The notes beneath the pieces were generated by a model. The model was not told the DNA's origin. It ran no database searches and saw nothing but the letters and a program-made list of their open reading frames with translations. A DNA stretch of 32,000 bases from Moraxella nasicaprae (GTDB taxonomy: Bacteria > Pseudomonadota > Gammaproteobacteria > Pseudomonadales > Moraxellaceae): contig NZ_CP089977.1 in assembly GCF_025643275.1 (NCBI RefSeq), positions 1,830,001 to 1,862,000 on the forward strand, given 5' to 3'. A program made the translations under genes and the position numbers. Of this stretch, positions 28,107 to 32,000 are shown one piece after another. How positions within the stretch are numbered: position 1 is the first letter of the stretch; each line of letters starts with the position of its first letter.

Positions 28107-29237
28107 TTAGATACGACCTTGAACAATGGCAAGCATACGGCGAAGTGGCTCTGCCGCTCCCCAAAGTAGCTGGTCACCAACAGTAAAGGCGGTTAGATAC
28201 TCGCCACCCATGTTCATTTTACGCAGACGACCAACTGCCACGCCCAGCGTACCTGTCACTGCTACAGGAGTTAGGCGTTCCATGCTGGCTGGTTTGTCAT
28301 TTTCAACCACATCTAGCCAAGGATTGTCGCTTTCACGCAATGCTTGTTCGATTTCTTCTAAGGGAATGTCTTTGGTCAGCTTGATGGTTAGGGCTTGGCT
28401 GTGGCAACGCATCGCACCGATACGCACGCAGATACCGTCAATGTTGATGATTTGCTCATCGGTTTTGCCAAGAATTTTATTGGTTTCAGCTTGACCTTTC
28501 CATTCTTCACGAGATTGACCATTGTCCAGTTGGCTGTCAATGTAAGGAATCAGGCTGCCTGCCAATACTGCACCAAAATGTTGTTTTGGAAAATCCGCTG
28601 AACGCTGGGTGTCAGCGATGGTTTTGTCAATTTCCAAAATGGCAGATGCAGGGTCTGAGAGTTTGTCCGCCACAGAATCTCTAAGTACACCCATGCCGCT
28701 GATGAGTTCTCTCATGTTGTTTGCACCCGCACCAGAAGCAGCTTGGTAGGTCATTGCTGAAACCCACTCTACCCAGCCACGGCGGAACAGCTCACCAATC
28801 GCCATGAGCATTAGGCTGACGGTGCAGTTACCACCAATGAAATCTTTTTTACCATCTTTAAGGGCGGTGTCAATCACATCACGATTGACAGGGTCTAAAA
28901 TGATGATGGCGTCTTCTTGCATACGCAATGAACTTGCTGCGTCAATCCAGTAGCCATTCCAGCCGCTTTCACGCAATTTACCATGCACAGCTTTGGTGTA
29001 GTCACCGCCTTGGCAGGTAATGATGGCATCACATTTTGCCAGTTCGCTAATGTCGTTGGCATCTTTTAGCGTGCCAGCCTCGACACCAAAATCAGGGGCT
29101 TTGCCACCTGCATTGCTGGTTGAAAAAAACACAGGCGTGATGTGATTAAAATCGCCTTCTTCAACCATACGAGCCATAAGTACAGAACCGACCATACCAC
29201 GCCAGCCAACCAGACCGACCACCATTTTTTCTGACAT
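28107..29237 (-). CDS. asd: Aspartate-semialdehyde dehydrogenase
   Basis: [14 protein letters not shown]-terminus and the GGNCTVS active-site Cys region. Confidence 0.95.
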   Translation of the reverse strand: MSEKMVVGLVGWRGMVGSVLMARMVEEGDFNHITPVFFSTSNAGGKAPDFGVEAGTLKDANDISELAKCDAIITCQGGDYTKAVHGKLRESGWNGYWIDAASSLRMQEDAIIILDPVNRDVIDTALKDGKKDFIGGNCTVSLMLMAIGELFRRGWVEWVSAMTYQAASGAGANNMRELISGMGVLRDSVADKLSDPASAILEIDKTIADTQRSADFPKQHFGAVLAGSLIPYIDSQLDNGQSREEWKGQAETNKILGKTDEQIINIDGICVRIGAMRCHSQALTIKLTKDIPLEEIEQALRESDNPWLDVVENDKPASMERLTPVAVTGTLGVAVGRLRKMNMGGEYLTAFTVGDQLLWGAAEPLRRMLAIVQGRI

Positions 29238-29653
29238 TGATTGTCACCCTTTACAAAATAAAAAATCAAATTTGGATTGATAAATATGCCTTGTTCTGCC
29301 ACAAAAATCAAGTTATTTTTGACAAAACTGATAAATATTTTGTTTATTGTGGCTTTTATGGTTTGGTGGGTGTGGTGTTTTTTATGACAAAAAAGCCAAT
29401 GGCAGCATACAAAAAATCGTTTTATCTTACTCATTGCTTAAAAAGGGTGGTTATGTGGTTTAAAGATGAATGGATAAAAGCAACTATAATCATGATTTTA
29501 CTATCGGTTGGTACGTGGCGATGAGTAAAAGCCTGTTTGCTTTATGATGGGTTTTGATGTTGTTGAAAGATATGGAAGCGGTATTGGCAGCAGAACTAGG
29601 TGATGTCATGCTCATCGATGGGGGGTGTCAATGATTTATCGTTGTATGAATAA

Positions 29654-29682
29654 CAAAAAGCCCTTCTAAAAAAGAAGGGCTT
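29654..29682 (-). terminator. Intrinsic terminator downstream of tRNA-Asn
   Basis: On the minus-strand RNA the stem AGCCCTTCT-loop-AGAAGGGCT is followed by UUUUU. Confidence 0.75.
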
Positions 29683-29691
29683 TTCTTAATA

Positions 29692-29767
29692 TGGCTCCCC
29701 AACCTGGGCTCGAACCAGGGACACACGGATTAACAGTCCGATGCTCTACCGACTGAGCTATTGGGGA
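29692..29767 (-). tRNA. tRNA-Asn (GUU)
   Basis: The reverse complement is TCCCCAATAGCTCAGTCGGTAGAGCATCGGACTGTTAATCCGTGTGTCCCTGGTTCGAGCCCAGGTTGGGGAGCCA. The anticodon loop is CUGUUAA. Confidence 0.95.
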
Positions 29768-29805
29768 ATGTCGGTATCTTTCGCTATCTGCTCAAGATGG
29801 TGCTT

Positions 29806-29833
29806 ATTATAGCAGGATATTTTTGCTTGTCAA
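29806..29833 (-). promoter_or_regulatory. Near-consensus sigma70 promoter for tRNA-Asn
   Basis: TTGACA-16-TATAAT on the minus strand, preceded by phased T-tracts (UP-element-like). Confidence 0.6.
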
Positions 29834-29883
29834 CACTTTTTTTGAAAAAAATTCGAAAAAAAATGTGATTTTTTAAATATCAA

Positions 29884-30073
29884 AAAAAGAACCAAAGTGC
29901 CGCCACAAAGGGGAACCATGAACCGTGAAGTTCAAGGCGGAAAGGGATAACACTTATTACGGCTTCCTGATTCATCATCAAGATGCAGGCCTGCTCAACA
30001 AAGCATTGAATCCAAATCCTTAGATAAGATTATCGGCTCAGGATATACACTTTGTTAGCGTACACTCCAGTCG
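29884..30073 (-). ncRNA. ssrS: 6S RNA
   Basis: The minus-strand sequence shares the conserved E. coli 6S blocks CCUGAGCCGAUA, GAAGCCnUAA, CCUUGAAC, GGUUCAnGGUU and GGCGGCA. Nested closing helices are CUGGAGUG/CACUUUGG and CGCUAACAAAG/CUUUGUGGCG. It ends in a U-run. The length of about 190 nt fits 6S. Confidence 0.8.
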
Positions 30074-30079
30074 GCAAGT

Positions 30080-30107
30080 ATTATAGCAAATTTATTTGAT
30101 TTTTCAA
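30080..30107 (-). promoter_or_regulatory. ssrS promoter
   Basis: TTGAAA-16-(TGc)TATAAT on the minus strand, placing the transcription start near 30073. Confidence 0.6.
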
Positions 30108-30111
30108 GATG

Positions 30112-30244
30112 ATATAGTCAATTCTATTCAAAACCAGACAAAGGTTTTGTGCTCAAAGTGAGCTTGCTTGCCCATAACAAAAACCCGCCCGCAGGCAAGC
30201 TTGGGGCGAACGGTTTTGCTGTATGGTTTTTGATATGAATTAAG
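30112..30244 (-). mobile_element. MITE-like non-coding repeat, copy B (inverted relative to copy A)
   Basis: The reverse complement aligns end to end with 6354-6485, with roughly a dozen substitutions or indels by eye. It has the same terminal inverted repeats and central AAGCTTGCCTGC hairpin. Confidence 0.6.
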
Positions 30245-30318
30245 ATAATTTCATGGGTGGTAATCAATATCATTGATGAAAAGGTTGGTACAATGTTGCC
30301 AGATAAGAAGTGTGCCAC

Positions 30319-31083
30319 TTACTCGTTTAATTGAATTTCCCAAGCAACAGGAAAATATTTACCCGTAATGATAAATCTATCATCATTAAGATGTGCAATG
30401 CCATTAAGTACATATTCTGGTTTTTGCAGATTAAGCGGTGAAACTAGCGTGGTAAAATCATAAGTTTTCACCACTTTTGCTGTAATGGGATTGATTTTAA
30501 CAATGGTGTTACTTCCCCAGAGATTTGCATAAATATGACCATTGGCATATTCTAGCTCATTGATGTGCTTGATGGGTTTGTTATCTTGTTGAACTGATAT
30601 TTCACCGATTTTTTCAAAATTTTGAGCATCTCTCATTTGCAATGTTGCCGTACCATCGGATAACCACATGATGTTTCTATCAAAATCGTATGCCAATCCC
30701 CAACCTTCTGTTGTGATGTTGGTGATGTATTGGGGTTGTAGCTTGGGCAAGGTCCACAAGATAGCAATTTTTTCTCGCCAAGTCACTTGCCAGACCCCAT
30801 GTGGTGTTATGGCAATCCCTTCTGCAAAAAGGTTGCTGGGCAGGGATTGGGCGTGATATGGCATGCCTGAGAGTAGGTCAAGATAGCCGATTTGCGATTG
30901 TCCGTATAGACCCGATGAATATAGTAGTTTGCCTGTTTGGTGGTCAAACTGCAATCCTTGCATGAATAGAGGTTGGTGAATATAATGCGTTTTGATTAGA
31001 GTAAAGTCTGATGCGTGTGCAGAAAGGTTTAAAATAAAACTTAAAAGACCAAGGTAGATGAATGTGATGATTTTTGTTGTCAT
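30319..31083 (-). CDS. Glutaminyl-peptide cyclotransferase (beta-propeller, plant/bacterial type), secreted
   Basis: Signal peptide MTTKIITFIYLGLLSFILNLSAHA. Family-like segments are SSGLYGQS, EGIA, EGWGLAYD, LWLSDGT, INELEY and IYANLW. The longer track ORF start would overlap the rpmG stop. Confidence 0.75.
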   Translation of the reverse strand: MTTKIITFIYLGLLSFILNLSAHASDFTLIKTHYIHQPLFMQGLQFDHQTGKLLYSSGLYGQSQIGYLDLLSGMPYHAQSLPSNLFAEGIAITPHGVWQVTWREKIAILWTLPKLQPQYITNITTEGWGLAYDFDRNIMWLSDGTATLQMRDAQNFEKIGEISVQQDNKPIKHINELEYANGHIYANLWGSNTIVKINPITAKVVKTYDFTTLVSPLNLQKPEYVLNGIAHLNDDRFIITGKYFPVAWEIQLNE

Positions 31084-31094
31084 AAGAGTTTCCG

Positions 31095-31121
31095 TAAAAA
31101 ACCCAGCAAATTTGCTGGGCT
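31095..31121 (-). terminator. Intrinsic terminator after rpmG
   Basis: On the minus-strand RNA the stem CCCAGCAAAUUUGCUGGG is followed by UUUUUU. Confidence 0.75.
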
Positions 31122-31130
31122 TTCCAAAAA

Positions 31131-31286
31131 TCATTTGATTTTTGCTTCTTTGAATAGTACATGTTGGCGTACTTTTGGATCAAATTTTTTGATTTCCATT
31201 TTGCCAGGCATGGTGCGTTTGTTCTTGGTGGTGGTGTAAAAATAACCAGTACCAGCAGTAGAAACTAGCTTGATTTTATCTCTCAT
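31131..31286 (-). CDS. rpmG: 50S ribosomal protein L33 (not in the ORF track because it is under 60 aa)
   Basis: My hand translation of the minus strand gives [51 protein letters not shown]. It lies 50 bp downstream of rpmB, as in the conserved rpmBG operon. Confidence 0.9.
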   Translation of the reverse strand: MRDKIKLVSTAGTGYFYTTTKNKRTMPGKMEIKKFDPKVRQHVLFKEAKIK

Positions 31287-31336
31287 GATTGTGTCCTTTA
31301 ACTTAGAAGGTTTCTAATTCATCTAAAAATCTAAAA

Positions 31337-31573
31337 TTAGATTTTTTGACCTTGTGCACGCAAATCGGCAAGCACTTTGTCGATGCCGTGTTTGTCGATG
31401 ATACGCATACCCTTAGATGAAACACGAAGACGAACAAAACGGTTTTCTGACTCTACCCAAAAACGATGGTTGTGTAGATTTGGTAGAAAACGACGGCGTG
31501 TTTTGTTGTTAGCGTGTGAAACATTGTTGCCCACTTGTGGGCGTTTTCCAGTCACTTGACATACTCGAGACAT
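31337..31573 (-). CDS. rpmB: 50S ribosomal protein L28
   Basis: [33 protein letters not shown]... is canonical L28. An AGGAG RBS precedes it. Confidence 0.95.
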   Translation of the reverse strand: MSRVCQVTGKRPQVGNNVSHANNKTRRRFLPNLHNHRFWVESENRFVRLRVSSKGMRIIDKHGIDKVLADLRAQGQKI

Positions 31574-31758
31574 GGTGAACTCCTAATCTTGGTGGCACGG
31601 ATATTGAGCGGTATCAGGTGTGCCAGTCTTGGTAGGGTGCTATTAAATGCGGTATGGACACAGCACAAAGTACCAAAGACTTTTTGTGGTTAGGCCACTC
31701 TTTGCTTACCGTTAAAGGCGACGACAATCAAGAAGTAGCAGAAAAAATTAAAGCCCAT

Positions 31759-31787
31759 ATTATACGCACATTTTTTTATTTTGGCAA
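31759..31787 (-). promoter_or_regulatory. Putative rpmBG promoter
   Basis: TTGCCA-17-TATAAT on the minus strand, about 180 nt upstream of the rpmB ATG. Confidence 0.5.
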
Positions 31788-31837
31788 GAAAAACCAAAGA
31801 AAAATTGGTGCTTGAAATATGGTTTAAGCAAAATCAA

Positions 31838-31999
31838 TCATGATTTTGGCGACAAAGCATTTTTTGGTAAGCCAAAACCGTGCCAGCCATAGTGCATAAA
31901 ATTGCGGATATTGGCATGGTCATCGCCATCAGGATTGTCTAAAACAGCACGATAATGCTCGGCAAACAAAGTTAGAGTGTCGATTTGATTTAAACCATG
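31838..31999 (-). CDS. 3' end of an unidentified gene that continues past the right edge
   Basis: A stop-free minus-strand frame of 53 codons reaches the window edge (...HGLNQIDTLTLFAEHYRAVLDNPDGDDHANIRNFMHYGWHGFGLPKNALSPKS, stop at 31838-31840). I do not recognise the family. Confidence 0.4.
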   Translation of the reverse strand, partial: HGLNQIDTLTLFAEHYRAVLDNPDGDDHANIRNFMHYGWHGFGLPKNALSPKS

Positions 32000-32000
32000 C

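Noticed and set aside
6354-30244. Inverted repeats bracketing 23.6 kb could mark a composite transposon or genomic island.
   Set aside because: The enclosed genes are core housekeeping functions (aceEF, rimO, tRNAs, infA, truA, asd, ssrS). There is no transposase, integrase or compositional break that I can see. I kept it only as a possible inversion substrate.
1-32000. Search for CRISPR arrays, prophage or integrative elements, toxin-antitoxin pairs, retrons, restriction-modification or other defence systems.
   Set aside because: I saw no regularly spaced direct repeats, no integrase, transposase or recombinase, no nuclease/ATPase/methylase-like ORFs, and no unassigned ORFs long enough to hide such genes. 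Every long ORF has a housekeeping-type assignment.

Overview
This window looks like an ordinary core-chromosome segment of a moderately AT-rich gammaproteobacterium. The protein sequences look Moraxellaceae or Moraxella-like, but that is my impression and has not been searched. I found no integrase, transposase, phage, CRISPR, toxin-antitoxin or recognisable defence genes.

Gene order from left to right:
- purA 3' end, 5-formyl-THF cyclo-ligase, fumC, rpsT, rocD.
- An atypical NRAMP-related transporter, tpx, sdaA, a WG-repeat lipoprotein.
- bfd and two bacterioferritin genes, aceE, aceF, a DUF302 lipoprotein.
- MFS transporter, PLD lipoprotein and rimO, packed without intergenic gaps.
- tRNA-Asp, tRNA-Val, a lytic transglycosylase, a YpfJ-type Zn-peptidase, two alpha/beta hydrolases.
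- infA, truA, an asparaginase-like gene, asd, tRNA-Asn, 6S RNA (ssrS).
- Glutaminyl cyclase, rpmG (missing from the ORF track), rpmB, and a 3' gene fragment at the right edge.

The unexplained signal is all non-coding:
1. A compact unit between bfd and the bfr genes, made of a Fur-like box, a promoter and an intrinsic terminator. It would give a 60-70 nt CU-rich transcript and is a candidate iron-responsive sRNA.
2. Two inverted copies of a roughly 130-bp element with terminal inverted repeats (MITE-like), at about 6.4 kb and 30.2 kb. The second copy sits directly against the ssrS promoter.
3. A 6S RNA gene separated from its usual partner ygfA, which lies 29 kb away in the same window.
4. Several Fur-like operators, leader hairpins and unusually tight gene junctions.

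All calls come from reading the sequence and remembered family signatures. No searches or folding programs were run.
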